Shown here piece by piece: positions 16,859 to 26,798 of a stretch of 27,797 bases of DNA. The notes beneath the pieces are model-generated. The model made no database searches. It saw only the letters and a list, made by a program, of their open reading frames with translations, and was not told where the DNA came from. The DNA is from Bacteroidaceae bacterium. Lineage in GTDB: Bacteria > Bacillota_I > Bacilli_A > RF39 > UBA660. The stretch is taken from assembly GCA_963622405.1 (NCBI GenBank), contig CAVFIJ010000071.1, positions 1 to 27,797 on the forward strand, written 5' to 3'. Each line of letters begins with the position of its first letter. Position 1 is the stretch's first letter. The position numbers and the translations under genes are program-made.

Positions 16859-19800
16859 TTACTGTATCTTAGATTCTTTTATAATTTTTAGAAGGTCTAA
16901 AAGATAGTATAGAAAGTGTTTGTCTAATTTCATTATATCTAATATTATTAATAAATTTTCTTCTTTTTGCGAGAATCTAAACATTTTTGATAATTTTGAT
17001 ATTTTTAGAAATAGGTTTTGTCCATCTATTTTTTTGGTTATTTCTTTTGGTAAGGTTAATTCAATAAAGTTTTTGGTTTGTCTTATTTGAGTTATGCCTA
17101 GTTTTTGTGCTTCTTTTTCGAATAATTCTTCATACATATATAATTTTAATGTTTCTGAGATTTTACCAAATCTATCTTCTATTTCTTCTTTTACTTCATT
17201 TAATTTTTGCTCTGAATCTATGGTGTTTATTTTTTTGTGAATTTCTATTTTTAATTCATCTTCATTTACGTAATTATCTTCTATGCTGGTTTCAATATCT
17301 ATTAATGGATTTTGCTGTTCTTCTTTTGTTTCTATTTTTTCTCCTTTGGCTTTGCGAATTTCTTCGTTTAGCATTTCTAAAAATAGTTCTATTCCTACGC
17401 TATCTATAAATCCTGCTTGTTCTTGGCCTAATAAATCTCCTGCACCTCTTATTGATAAGTCTCTCATTGCTATTGCAAATCCACTACCTAGAGATGTAAA
17501 GTCTTTAATTACTTTGAGTCTTTTGGTGGATATTTCTGATAATATTTTATTTTGTTTATACATTAAATAGCAGTATCCAATTTTATTACTTCTTCCAATT
17601 CTTCCTCTTATTTGATATAACTGGGATAGTCCAAAGTGATCAGCATCCATTATTATTAGTGTGTTAACATTGGCTATATCTATTCCTGTTTCAATTATTG
17701 TTGTACAGAGCAGGCAATCAAATTCATGCTTATTAAATTTATCCATTACTTTTTCTAGGTCTTGTTTTGGCATTCTACCGTGGGCAATTTCTATTTTGAT
17801 ATCTGGGACTAGTTGCATTAGTTTTGCTTGTTGTGATTGCATTGATTCAATATTGTTAAATAAGACATATATTTGACCATTTCGTGCTAGTTCTTTATTT
17901 ATTGCTTCTTTTATTATTTGATTATTTTCTTCTAATACGTAAGTTTGAATTGGGTATCTTTCTGCTGGTGGAGTTTCTATCATTGAAAGACTTCTAATTC
18001 CAGCGATTGACATTTGAAGTGTTCTTGGTATTGGGGTTGCTGATAAGGTTAATACATCAATATTGTTTTTATAATTTTTTATTTTTTCTTTATGCTTTAC
18101 TCCAAATCTTTGTTCTTCATCAATTACTAAGAGTCCTAGATCTTTAAATTTTACATCATCTGATAAAATACGATGGGTACCAATTAGAAGATCTATTTCT
18201 CCTTTTTCTAGGTCGTTTAATATTTTTTTGGCATTTTTTATGGATACAAATCTATTTAATACTGCTATTTTCACATTAAAGGATTCATATCTTTTTACGG
18301 CATTTTGATAATGCTGAGTTGAAAGTATGGTGGTTGGGCAAAGGATGGCAGCTTGTTTACCTGAAATTATACATTTAAATATAGCTCTAAAGGCTACTTC
18401 TGTTTTACCATAACCTACATCACCACATAGTAATCTATCCATTGGTTTTGAACTTTCCATATCTTTTTTTATTTCATCTATTACTTTTATTTGGTCGGCT
18501 GTTGGAACATATTCAAATTCTTTTTCAAATTCTATTTGCTCTTTATTATCTTTATTAAATGCAAAGCCTTTTTTTGCTTCTCTTATCGCATATAATTTTA
18601 ATAAATCTTCAGCAATGTTTTCTGCTCTTTTTCTTGCTTTTGCTTTTGTTTTTTGCCATTCTTTACTTCCTAGTTTATTTAATCTAGGAACTATTCCTTC
18701 TTTTCCTGAGAATTTACTTATTAATTCTATTTTTTCTACAGGTATGTATAGTTTATCACCACCAAGATATTCAATGGTAAGGTAATCTTTTTTTAGTCCA
18801 TTTTTTGTTATGGTTTTCAATCCTAAATATCTACCTATTCCATGGGCTCCATGAACTATATAGTCTCCTTTAGATAGTTTGCTTATGTCTTTGATTCTAC
18901 TACCGAATCTAAATTTTGTTTTATAGGTATTTTGTTCATGTATGTTAAATATTTCTCTTGGAGTCAAAACTAAGTAATTTTCTGTTTCAAAGCCTTGATT
19001 TAATTTTTGAATTATTACATTTATTTTTCCATCATAAATTTGATTTATATTTGTAAATATATTAGGTATGTCTTTTATAGATTCAATTATTTTGTTTGCT
19101 TGATATCTATCGTATAAGGCAATTATTATTGTTTTTTTGTTTTTTTGGTATTGCTTTAGTGTTAAAGGTAATGATTCTATTCCTTTTTTAAATGGTAGCA
19201 CATCTTTTACATTATAGTTAATGGCGTTAGGCAATGCGGCATTTACATCTTCAAAAATTATGGCATTTTTATTTTCAACATCATTAAAATCATTCATGTA
19301 TTGTTGATTTGATGGACGATTTTGTCCAATATTATAGTTAAATATTTCTTCTATTAAACTTTTATAGCTTAGTTTTAAGTTAGTGTAGTTATCATAAATT
19401 ACTACTGGATTTTTTAAATATTTTTCTATATTTGTTACTGAGGTATATTTTGGCATTTCATGATATTTGATATCTTCATTATTTTCTATTAAAAGTTCGG
19501 TGTTTGGATATATACATATTTCATCGATGTTTTTTATGGTTCTTTGGGTAGTAACATCAAATATTCTTATTAGATCAATAATGTCATCCCAAAATTCTAT
19601 TCTGATGGGATTATCATAATTTAAGGGGAATATATCTATAATACAGCCTCTGAGTGCTATTTCACCTGTCATTTTTATAGATGTTTCTTTTGTATATCCT
19701 ATATTATAAAGTTTTTGTATTAGGTCATTTATTGGAAATTTATCTCCTACTTTTATATTTATATAACTTTTTTTAAAGTTTTCTTTTTGAGGTAGATATC

Positions 19801-20131
19801 TTAAATATCCCATGAGATTTGTTATTATAATTCCATTTTGTTTTTCAATTATGTTTCCAATGGTTTCCAGTCTTGTGTTTTTTAGTTCTGGAGAAATAGC
19901 AAGAGCTTGGCTTGTTAGGAAATCATCCATTGGAAAGAACCATACGTTTTTTGTATGGTTATTTAGCTCATTATATATTTTACTTGCATCATTTAAGCTT
20001 GATGTTACAAAAATAATATTTTGTTTTGTTTGTTTATGTTTATAATAAATATATAGTGCTTTTAATTCGTTTGTTAAGCCAATTATATTTTTATTAGCTG
20101 TTTTTTCAAATATATTATTTAATAAGTTCAT
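16859..20131 (-). CDS. mfd: Transcription-repair coupling factor
   Basis: HGIGRY RID; CGDVGYGKT; DEEQRFG; SATPIPRT; QIRGRIGR; RDLSIRGAG; follows pth. Confidence 0.97.
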   Translation of the reverse strand: MNLLNNIFEKTANKNIIGLTNELKALYIYYKHKQTKQNIIFVTSSLNDASKIYNELNNHTKNVWFFPMDDFLTSQALAISPELKNTRLETIGNIIEKQNGIIITNLMGYLRYLPQKENFKKSYINIKVGDKFPINDLIQKLYNIGYTKETSIKMTGEIALRGCIIDIFPLNYDNPIRIEFWDDIIDLIRIFDVTTQRTIKNIDEICIYPNTELLIENNEDIKYHEMPKYTSVTNIEKYLKNPVVIYDNYTNLKLSYKSLIEEIFNYNIGQNRPSNQQYMNDFNDVENKNAIIFEDVNAALPNAINYNVKDVLPFKKGIESLPLTLKQYQKNKKTIIIALYDRYQANKIIESIKDIPNIFTNINQIYDGKINVIIQKLNQGFETENYLVLTPREIFNIHEQNTYKTKFRFGSRIKDISKLSKGDYIVHGAHGIGRYLGLKTITKNGLKKDYLTIEYLGGDKLYIPVEKIELISKFSGKEGIVPRLNKLGSKEWQKTKAKARKRAENIAEDLLKLYAIREAKKGFAFNKDNKEQIEFEKEFEYVPTADQIKVIDEIKKDMESSKPMDRLLCGDVGYGKTEVAFRAIFKCIISGKQAAILCPTTILSTQHYQNAVKRYESFNVKIAVLNRFVSIKNAKKILNDLEKGEIDLLIGTHRILSDDVKFKDLGLLVIDEEQRFGVKHKEKIKNYKNNIDVLTLSATPIPRTLQMSIAGIRSLSMIETPPAERYPIQTYVLEENNQIIKEAINKELARNGQIYVLFNNIESMQSQQAKLMQLVPDIKIEIAHGRMPKQDLEKVMDKFNKHEFDCLLCTTIIETGIDIANVNTLIIMDADHFGLSQLYQIRGRIGRSNKIGYCYLMYKQNKILSEISTKRLKVIKDFTSLGSGFAIAMRDLSIRGAGDLLGQEQAGFIDSVGIELFLEMLNEEIRKAKGEKIETKEEQQNPLIDIETSIEDNYVNEDELKIEIHKKINTIDSEQKLNEVKEEIEDRFGKISETLKLYMYEELFEKEAQKLGITQIRQTKNFIELTLPKEITKKIDGQNLFLKISKLSKMFRFSQKEENLLIILDIMKLDKHFLYYLLDLLKIIKESKIQ

Positions 20132-20139
20132 TATACCAC

Positions 20140-20694
20140 CTAGTTATATTTATTCATTAGTTTTTCAAAGTCCATTGTTAGGTAATCATCAATTATTTCT
20201 TTAGCGTTTTGATTGATTTGATTTAATATTTCTATTTCCTTTTTTGGCATTGGTTTTATTACATAGTCTATTAGATTATCTTCACTGTTTTTGGATAATC
20301 CGATTTTTAATCTTTTATATTCTTGTGTTTGAAGATTTTGTTCAATGTTTTTTAATCCGTTATGTCCTCCTGATGATCCTTTTCTTTTGAATTTTATTTT
20401 ACCTAAAGGAGTATCTATGTCATCATGAATAATGAGAATATCATCTTTATTTATTTTGAAAAATTCAATATATAACCTTATTACTTCTCCTGATAAATTC
20501 ATGTATTTTTCTGGTTTTAATAACATGATTGTTTGGTTATTTTTTTGGAATGTTGCATATAATCCATTATATTTTTTTTTATTTATTTCAAGGTTGTTTG
20601 CTTTTGCGTATGATTCTAAAAAATTATATCCTGCATTATGGCGTGTGTTTTTATATTTTTCTCCTGGATTACCTAGGCCTACAATTAATTTCAT
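20140..20694 (-). CDS. pth: Peptidyl-tRNA hydrolase
   Basis: LIVGLGNPG..Y..TRHN; YMNLSG; HDD; GGHNGLK. Confidence 0.97.
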   Translation of the reverse strand: MKLIVGLGNPGEKYKNTRHNAGYNFLESYAKANNLEINKKKYNGLYATFQKNNQTIMLLKPEKYMNLSGEVIRLYIEFFKINKDDILIIHDDIDTPLGKIKFKRKGSSGGHNGLKNIEQNLQTQEYKRLKIGLSKNSEDNLIDYVIKPMPKKEIEILNQINQNAKEIIDDYLTMDFEKLMNKYN

Positions 20695-20717
20695 TAAATC
20701 TCACATTCCTCTCATTT

Positions 20718-21554
20718 TTATTCATTACGATGATATTCATTATAAACTTCACTTTTGGGAAGTTTTCTTTCTTTGGCAACTAATTTAATTGCTTCTTTTG
20801 CTTCTAAGCCATCGTCCAAATATAGTTTTATATGTTCTTTTAGTGAAAGGTTGTCATACTTTTTGGTCTCTTTATTTCCTTCTACTATGAGAACTATTTC
20901 GCCTTTTATTTCCTTAGTTTCATTTATTAATAGATTAATATCTCCTCTTATTATTTCTTCATATTTTTTACTTATTTCTCTCACTATTACACAATACCTA
21001 TTTCCAAATACTTCTTTTAGGTTTTGAAGTGTTTTATTTATACGATGTGGTGCTTCATAAAATATTATTGTAAATGGTTCGTTTTTTAGTTTTTCTAATT
21101 CTTTTTTTCTTTTAGTTTCTTTACTATTTAAAAAGCCATAAAAAATAAATTTATCTGGCAAGCCTGAGACTGCGATAGCGGGAATAAGTGCGGTTGGTCC
21201 TGGAAGACAAACAACATTATAATTGTTTTCGATAGCAATTTTAGTTAGATAATATCCTGGGTCGCTTATTGTTGGAGTTCCGCGGTCACTTACTATGGCA
21301 ATGGTTTTGTTGTTTTTAAGATAGTTTAATAATTTTTCTTTGTTTTTTTCCTCATTATATAAATGACTTGATATTAATTTTTTTGATATTCCATAGTAAT
21401 CTAATAATTTTTTTGTTACTCTTGTATCTTCTGCGAATATTATTTCTACTTCTTTTAATATGTTTATTGCTCTTATTGTTATATCTTCGATGTTGCCTAT
21501 TGGGGTTGGTATTAAATATAAGATTGGACTTCCATCATAGCTTCTTTGTTTCAT
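20718..21554 (-). CDS. rsmI: 16S rRNA (cytidine1402-2'-O)-methyltransferase
   Basis: LYLIPTPIGN.EDIT.RA; AEDTR; SD.GTP.ISDPG; FYEAPHR; REISKKYEE. Confidence 0.96.
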   Translation of the reverse strand: MKQRSYDGSPILYLIPTPIGNIEDITIRAINILKEVEIIFAEDTRVTKKLLDYYGISKKLISSHLYNEEKNKEKLLNYLKNNKTIAIVSDRGTPTISDPGYYLTKIAIENNYNVVCLPGPTALIPAIAVSGLPDKFIFYGFLNSKETKRKKELEKLKNEPFTIIFYEAPHRINKTLQNLKEVFGNRYCVIVREISKKYEEIIRGDINLLINETKEIKGEIVLIVEGNKETKKYDNLSLKEHIKLYLDDGLEAKEAIKLVAKERKLPKSEVYNEYHRNE

Positions 21555-21561
21555 TTTTCAC

Positions 21562-22281
21562 CTACTTAAAATATTTTTTTATTTCTTGAGTATATTTTCC
21601 ATCTTCTGTATGAGCAATTAATGGTGGTAATACTTTTAGACCTTTGTTTGCATTTAATTTAGATTCTATTAATACAATATTAGCATTGTGATTTTCTTTT
21701 GGATGAATAAACATTATTTTTTTGGGTATTAAGTTATACTTATTCATTGTTTCAAGTATTTCAGATAATCTTTCTGGTCTATGGACGACTGCAAAGGAAC
21801 CGTCATTTTTTAATAATTTTTTGGCTATTTGACAAAGAGTATCTAAAGTTAGTTCTATTTCGTGTCTTGCAATTGTTTTATAATCATTTTTGTTTATGTT
21901 TGAACTATTCGTAACCTTAAAATAAGGTGGGTTACATGTGATGACATCATAATAATTTGGTTGCATTGTTTGATATATTTGTTTTATATCTGCATGTATT
22001 AAGTTAATTTGATTTTCTAATTTATTATGTTTTATTGTTTTTTTTGCTAGTTCGTAAACATCTTTTTGTATTTCAACTGCGGTTATTTTGGCATTAGTTT
22101 TTCTTGATAATATTAATGGTATTGGGGCATTACCAGTTCCAATATCTAATATGTTTTGAGTTTTTTTTGTTATTGTTACGAAATTTGGTAATAAAATAGA
22201 GTCAAGGGAAAAACTAAACATTTCAGGGTTTTGATATATTTTCATGTTTTCATAGCCTAATAAATCATTTATTGTTTCCAT
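21562..22281 (-). CDS. trmN6: tRNA1(Val) (adenine37-N6)-methyltransferase, YabB family (likely start 22281)
   Basis: FSFSLDSILL; LDIGTGN; CNPPYF; ARHE; VHRPERL; between ricT and rsmI. Confidence 0.9.
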   Translation of the reverse strand: METINDLLGYENMKIYQNPEMFSFSLDSILLPNFVTITKKTQNILDIGTGNAPIPLILSRKTNAKITAVEIQKDVYELAKKTIKHNKLENQINLIHADIKQIYQTMQPNYYDVITCNPPYFKVTNSSNINKNDYKTIARHEIELTLDTLCQIAKKLLKNDGSFAVVHRPERLSEILETMNKYNLIPKKIMFIHPKENHNANIVLIESKLNANKGLKVLPPLIAHTEDGKYTQEIKKYFK

Positions 22282-23050
22282 TTGTTTTATCAACCATTAT
22301 TATATTATTGTTTTTTGTTTTTACTTTATATTGTTGTTTTAATATATCTAGTCCTATTACCGTTCCCTCGCCATTTGGTGTCTCTATTTTATCCCCGATT
22401 TTTAACAAATTTTTTTTTGCACATTTATAATTTTCATCTTCATATTTTAAACAACACATCAATCTTCCACAAGCACCATTTATTTTTGTTGGATTTAGAG
22501 CAAGGTTTTGATTTTTAGCCATATTTATTGATACAGTATCTAGTTCTTTTAGAAATGATGAACAACATAATTTTTGACCACAAATTCCAAGACTGCTTAT
22601 TTCTTTAGCTTTGTCTCTTGCTCCTATTTGTCTTAATTCAATTCTTACTTTATAGATTGCCGCAAGTTCTTTGGCTAGTGTGCGAAAATCAACTCTGCTT
22701 TCTGATGTGAATCTATATATTAATTTATCTCTATCAAATGTATAATATGCATCTATAATATTCATATTTAAATTATGTTTTTTTACAAGATTTTTGGCAT
22801 TTTTTAAGGCTTCTTTAGATTCGTTTTTGTTTTTAACATATTTTTGATAATCTTTTTTAGTTGAAATTCTAATTATTTTAGGTAATTTTTCTTTTTCTTT
22901 TAATGGTCTTATTTTTTTTACTTTTCCAAGTTGAATACCTTGATTTGTTTCAACTATTACTGTTATATTTTTTTTTAGATTGAAATTATTATTATCATAA
23001 TAGATGACTGAGGAATTATTATCTAATTCTATTCCTATTGCTTGTTTCAT
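22265..23050 (-). CDS. ricT: PSP1-domain protein RicT/YaaT (stage 0 sporulation family)
   Basis: RVDFR.L.KELA; RIELRQIG.RD.AK; CG..LCC; MAK.Q.L.LNP.KI.G.CGRLMCCLKYE. Confidence 0.94.
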   Translation of the reverse strand: MKQAIGIELDNNSSVIYYDNNNFNLKKNITVIVETNQGIQLGKVKKIRPLKEKEKLPKIIRISTKKDYQKYVKNKNESKEALKNAKNLVKKHNLNMNIIDAYYTFDRDKLIYRFTSESRVDFRTLAKELAAIYKVRIELRQIGARDKAKEISSLGICGQKLCCSSFLKELDTVSINMAKNQNLALNPTKINGACGRLMCCLKYEDENYKCAKKNLLKIGDKIETPNGEGTVIGLDILKQQYKVKTKNNNIIMVDKTNGNNK

Positions 23051-24000
23051 TTTTTCACTTCCTCTAAGGCAATTATTAATCCATCTATTAGTAATTTTGG
23101 ATTAACATTATATTTTATGTGTTGTTTATATTCTTCTACTACATTTATTTTTTCTATGATTTCGTTCATTGAATTTGTTTGGCTTATTTCTTGAATATCA
23201 CTAATATAATCATCAAATATTTCGATATTTCTTTTTAATTTATTATTAAAGACATCTTTATAAAAAGAAATTATTATACTGAAGGCAATATCAAGATTTT
23301 CTTTATCTTTAATCTGTTCACAAAAAATATTATTCATATTAATTAATACTTTTTTATGATTATTTTCATAGTAGATAATAAAATTTATTATTGTTTCTAT
23401 TTGTTTGTTTATGCTTTCATCTTCATTTGCATTTTCTTTATTAAAAATTTGATTTTTAATTTTATCAATTGTGCAGGTTTCTTGATTTTGAATTTTTTTT
23501 GGTTTAAGTGTTATTAGCTGACACCTTGATACTATTGTTTTTAGAAGTTTTTCTTTATTTGTTGTTAATAGAATTGCAATTACATTTTCGGGGGGTTCTT
23601 CTAAAAATTTCAGTATTGAATTTGCTGACTGATTATTCATTTGATCAGCTTTTTGGATAATATATACTTTATTGTTTCCATATACTGATTTTTTAGAAAA
23701 TTCATTTTGGAGTTCTACAAGTTGAGCTTTTTTTATCAATATTCCTTCTGGTTTTATTATGGTTAGTTCTGGGTAGTTTCCATTATCTATTATTTGACAC
23801 TGATTACAATTACTGCACTGGTTATTATTTGTATAGTGATGAGGACAAAATATTGCTTTAGCAAAAGAAACGGCAAAATTATATCCGTTTGTGTTTGTAT
23901 CTGTTTCTATGATATAAGCATGAGATACTTTGCTTTTTTTGATAGCGTTTATAATTAACTTATAATTTTGTGGCTCTATTTGCTTAAATTCATCCAACAT
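23047..24000 (-). CDS. holB: DNA polymerase III subunit delta-prime
   Basis: SHAYI; CxxCxxC zinc module; ANSILKFLEEPP; TIVSRC; degenerate P-loop. Confidence 0.93.
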   Translation of the reverse strand: MLDEFKQIEPQNYKLIINAIKKSKVSHAYIIETDTNTNGYNFAVSFAKAIFCPHHYTNNNQCSNCNQCQIIDNGNYPELTIIKPEGILIKKAQLVELQNEFSKKSVYGNNKVYIIQKADQMNNQSANSILKFLEEPPENVIAILLTTNKEKLLKTIVSRCQLITLKPKKIQNQETCTIDKIKNQIFNKENANEDESINKQIETIINFIIYYENNHKKVLINMNNIFCEQIKDKENLDIAFSIIISFYKDVFNNKLKRNIEIFDDYISDIQEISQTNSMNEIIEKINVVEEYKQHIKYNVNPKLLIDGLIIALEEVKK

Positions 24001-24016
24001 TTTCCCCCTACTTTCC

Positions 24017-24193
24017 TTATATCAATATTTGTTTTATAATTATTAATATTAATAAGCCTGGTATACTTAATAATGTTACAAAAATTACTGTTATAATATT
24101 TATTGGTATTAACAATACTGAAGGAACTATTAAATTATAGCTATAAAGCAGTCCTAAAGCTGTTATTAATTTTTTTATTAATTTTGATATCAT
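24017..24193 (-). CDS. bofA: Pro-sigma-K processing inhibitor BofA family protein, 58 aa (not in the ORF track)
   Basis: MISKLIKKLITALGLLYSYNLIVPSVLLIPINIITVIFVTLLSIPGLLILIIIKQILI, with IPINxxT and LxIPG motifs; RBS GAGGTG; downstream of recR as in B. subtilis. Confidence 0.85.
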   Translation of the reverse strand: MISKLIKKLITALGLLYSYNLIVPSVLLIPINIITVIFVTLLSIPGLLILIIIKQILI

Positions 24194-24203
24194 ATCACAC
24201 CTC

Positions 24204-24240
24204 TATACTTTTATTATATAAAAAGTATATTTTTTTATGA
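24204..24240 (-). promoter_or_regulatory. Putative sigma-E promoter of bofA nested in an inverted repeat
   Basis: TCATAAA, 13-nt spacer, TATATAAT; the -10 is exactly the loop of TATACTTTT / AAAAGTATA. Confidence 0.45.
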
Positions 24241-24831
24241 TATTTCATTTCTTGTAGATAGTGCTATTTCGAGAGTTAAGGGATCCATATAATCTATATC
24301 TGCTCCCATAGGTACTCCTTGTGCTAGCTTTGTTATTTTAATGTTTTCACTTTTTAATAGTTTTTGTATGTATAAAGCAGTAGTTTCTCCTTCAATAGTC
24401 GGTCTTACAGCGATTATTATTTCTTTTGGCTTTTCTTCTTTTATTCTTGTTTTTAATTTTTCTATATTTATATCTTCTGGGTTAATTCCATCTAGTGGTG
24501 ATATCAGTCCATTTAGCACGTGATATGTTCCATTATATTTTCCTAGCTTTTCAAAGGCGATTATGTTTTTACTTTCTTCAACAACACATATTGTTTCTTT
24601 ATTTCTAGTGTTATCTTCACAAATTGGGCAATATTCTTTTTCAGTAAGATTTCCACAGGTCTTACATTTTTTAATTTTTTCCTTTATATCTTTTAAGGTT
24701 GATGAAAATATATTTACTGTATCTTCCGACATAGATAGACAAGAATAAGCTAGTCTTTCTGCGGTTTTTTCTCCAATTCCTGGTAGCTTTTTAAAACATT
24801 CTATTAATTTTTTTATTGATTCTGGATACAT
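24235..24831 (-). CDS. recR: Recombination mediator RecR
   Basis: LPGIGEKTAERLA; C4 zinc finger; ICVVE; TIEGETTA; LAQGVPMG. Confidence 0.97.
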   Translation of the reverse strand: MYPESIKKLIECFKKLPGIGEKTAERLAYSCLSMSEDTVNIFSSTLKDIKEKIKKCKTCGNLTEKEYCPICEDNTRNKETICVVEESKNIIAFEKLGKYNGTYHVLNGLISPLDGINPEDINIEKLKTRIKEEKPKEIIIAVRPTIEGETTALYIQKLLKSENIKITKLAQGVPMGADIDYMDPLTLEIALSTRNEIS

Positions 24832-25128
24832 TTAAAACAAACCTGGCATTCCTTTAGTATATTGTCCTAGTTTTTTTTCAGTTTCTTTTTCTATTTGACT
24901 ATTTGCGTCATTTACAGCGACTTGTATCATGTCTTCTAGCATTTCTATTTCTTCTTTTTCTAATGACTCAGCATCTATTTTAACTCCATTAACTTCTCTA
25001 TTTCCTTTCATTGTAACTGTTACAAATGAAGATTTTCCTTCAAATGTTTTTTCATCTATTTCCTGCTTTTGTTTAAGCATATCTTTTTGCATTTTTTGTG
25101 CTTGTTTCATCATTGCTTGTATATTCAT
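24832..25128 (-). CDS. ybaB: YbaB/EbfC nucleoid-associated protein
   Basis: MMKQAQKMQ; EMLEDMI..AVNDA; C-terminal MPGLF; between dnaX and recR. Confidence 0.95.
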   Translation of the reverse strand: MNIQAMMKQAQKMQKDMLKQKQEIDEKTFEGKSSFVTVTMKGNREVNGVKIDAESLEKEEIEMLEDMIQVAVNDANSQIEKETEKKLGQYTKGMPGLF

Positions 25129-25146
25129 TATATCTCCTCTTTCTTT

Positions 25147-26775
25147 TTATTTGTATTCTATTATATCATTAAAATCACTCATTTTTTGATTTATTGTGTT
25201 TTTTTCTATTTTTATATTTTCTGTTATATATGTATATTTTTTCTTTTGGCTATTGAACTCTTGTTTTATTTTTTCCCATTCTTCTTCGTCAACAGATACT
25301 ATTTTATATTCTTGATTTAAAAAATTTTTTATAATTTTTTCTATTTCTATTACTTTTTGATTAAAGTTATCACTTTCTCTTTTTGTTTTATATACAAATA
25401 TTAAATTTTGCATACTAGCAGCCTTTAATTTACCATCTAATATTATTGATATGTATTTTCTTTGCGAAGAATCTATTAAATATTCATTAAGGGAAGCTAT
25501 TTTGCTATTTATTTGGTTAGTTAATTTTTTACTAAATCCAGCGAGTGTATTATTTACTCTTATTTTTTTTATTTGTTCTATTTGTTCACCTGATATTTTA
25601 TTTTTTTCTTTTATTTTTTCTTTTGGAGTTTCCTTTGTAGTCTCTTTTTCTTTATTTTTGATTTTTAGTTGTTTATTTTCTTGATTATCTTTCACGCCCT
25701 CTATGCAAACGTTTGTTTGTAATAATTTTATTATTACTATCTCAAATACTAATTTTTTATTTGTGGTGTTTTTTTCTTGATTTAATGATTTATTAAGTTC
25801 TTCTATGTAATTAATAATTATTTGCTCATTCATTTTTTTTATTTCTTCGGAGAAATTAACGTTTTCATTCTTTTTTTCACTAAAATATTTGGGAGCTTCT
25901 TTAAAAATTAGTATTTCTTTTAGTAAACTGATTATTTGTTCTATTATTTTTGCAAAATTTTTTCCTTTTTGATCAAAATCGTCTATTTTTTTGAATATTT
26001 CATCTGTTTTTCCACAATATATATTAGAAATAAAACTTTCTAATTCTTTTTCTCTTAATGTTCCATTTAATTCGTGAACATTTTCCACAGTTATTTCTTT
26101 ATTTGTAAGTAATGTGAGCTGGTCTAGCATATTTACGGAGTCTCTCATTCCACCATCACAGATTCTTGCAATTTCGATTAGTGCTTCTTCGTTTATAGTG
26201 ATGTTTTCTTTTTGAGATATTTCTTTTAATCTTTCTTTTATACTTTGATTATTAATTTTTTTAAAATCAAATCGTTGGCAGCGTGATAATATTGTTTCTG
26301 GAATTTTATGTGGTTCTGTAGTTGCAAGAATAAAAATGGCATGACTTGGTGGTTCTTCTAATGTTTTTAATAATGCATTAAATGCACCTATTGTTAACAT
26401 ATGTACTTCATCTACTATATATATTTTATATTTACCGTTTGCTGGGACTAGATCTATTTTGTTTTTGATTTCTCTTATTTCATCCACACCATTATTGGAT
26501 GCTGCATCAATTTCTATTATGTCATTGTTGTTTTTTTCTGTACAGCTTTTACATTTTCCACAAGCATCATAGTTATTTTTATTTTCACAGTTTATTATTT
26601 TTGAGAAAATTTTCGCTACACTTGTTTTTCCTGTTCCTCTTGGTCCTGTAAATAAATATGCATGACTAATTTTGTTTTGCAGGATGCTATTTTTTATTAC
26701 TTTTATTATCGTGTTTTGACCATAGATTTCATCTAGATTGGCAGGTCTATATTTTCTATACAGTGCTTGATACAA
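25147..26775 (-). CDS. dnaX: DNA polymerase III subunit gamma/tau (likely TTG start at 26775)
   Basis: YQALYRKYRP; GPRGTGKT; EIDAASN; DEVHML; NALLKTLEEPP; SRCQ; RBS GGAAGGTGA. Confidence 0.97.
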   Translation of the reverse strand: MYQALYRKYRPANLDEIYGQNTIIKVIKNSILQNKISHAYLFTGPRGTGKTSVAKIFSKIINCENKNNYDACGKCKSCTEKNNNDIIEIDAASNNGVDEIREIKNKIDLVPANGKYKIYIVDEVHMLTIGAFNALLKTLEEPPSHAIFILATTEPHKIPETILSRCQRFDFKKINNQSIKERLKEISQKENITINEEALIEIARICDGGMRDSVNMLDQLTLLTNKEITVENVHELNGTLREKELESFISNIYCGKTDEIFKKIDDFDQKGKNFAKIIEQIISLLKEILIFKEAPKYFSEKKNENVNFSEEIKKMNEQIIINYIEELNKSLNQEKNTTNKKLVFEIVIIKLLQTNVCIEGVKDNQENKQLKIKNKEKETTKETPKEKIKEKNKISGEQIEQIKKIRVNNTLAGFSKKLTNQINSKIASLNEYLIDSSQRKYISIILDGKLKAASMQNLIFVYKTKRESDNFNQKVIEIEKIIKNFLNQEYKIVSVDEEEWEKIKQEFNSQKKKYTYITENIKIEKNTINQKMSDFNDIIEYK

Positions 26776-26798
26776 TTTATCACCTTCCTTACTCAATC

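Noticed and set aside
25870..25876. In-phase A AAA AAG slippery site in dnaX (gamma frameshift)
   Set aside because: It falls near codon 300, within the oligomerisation domain; no stimulatory stem or internal SD was seen, and such runs are common at this AT content
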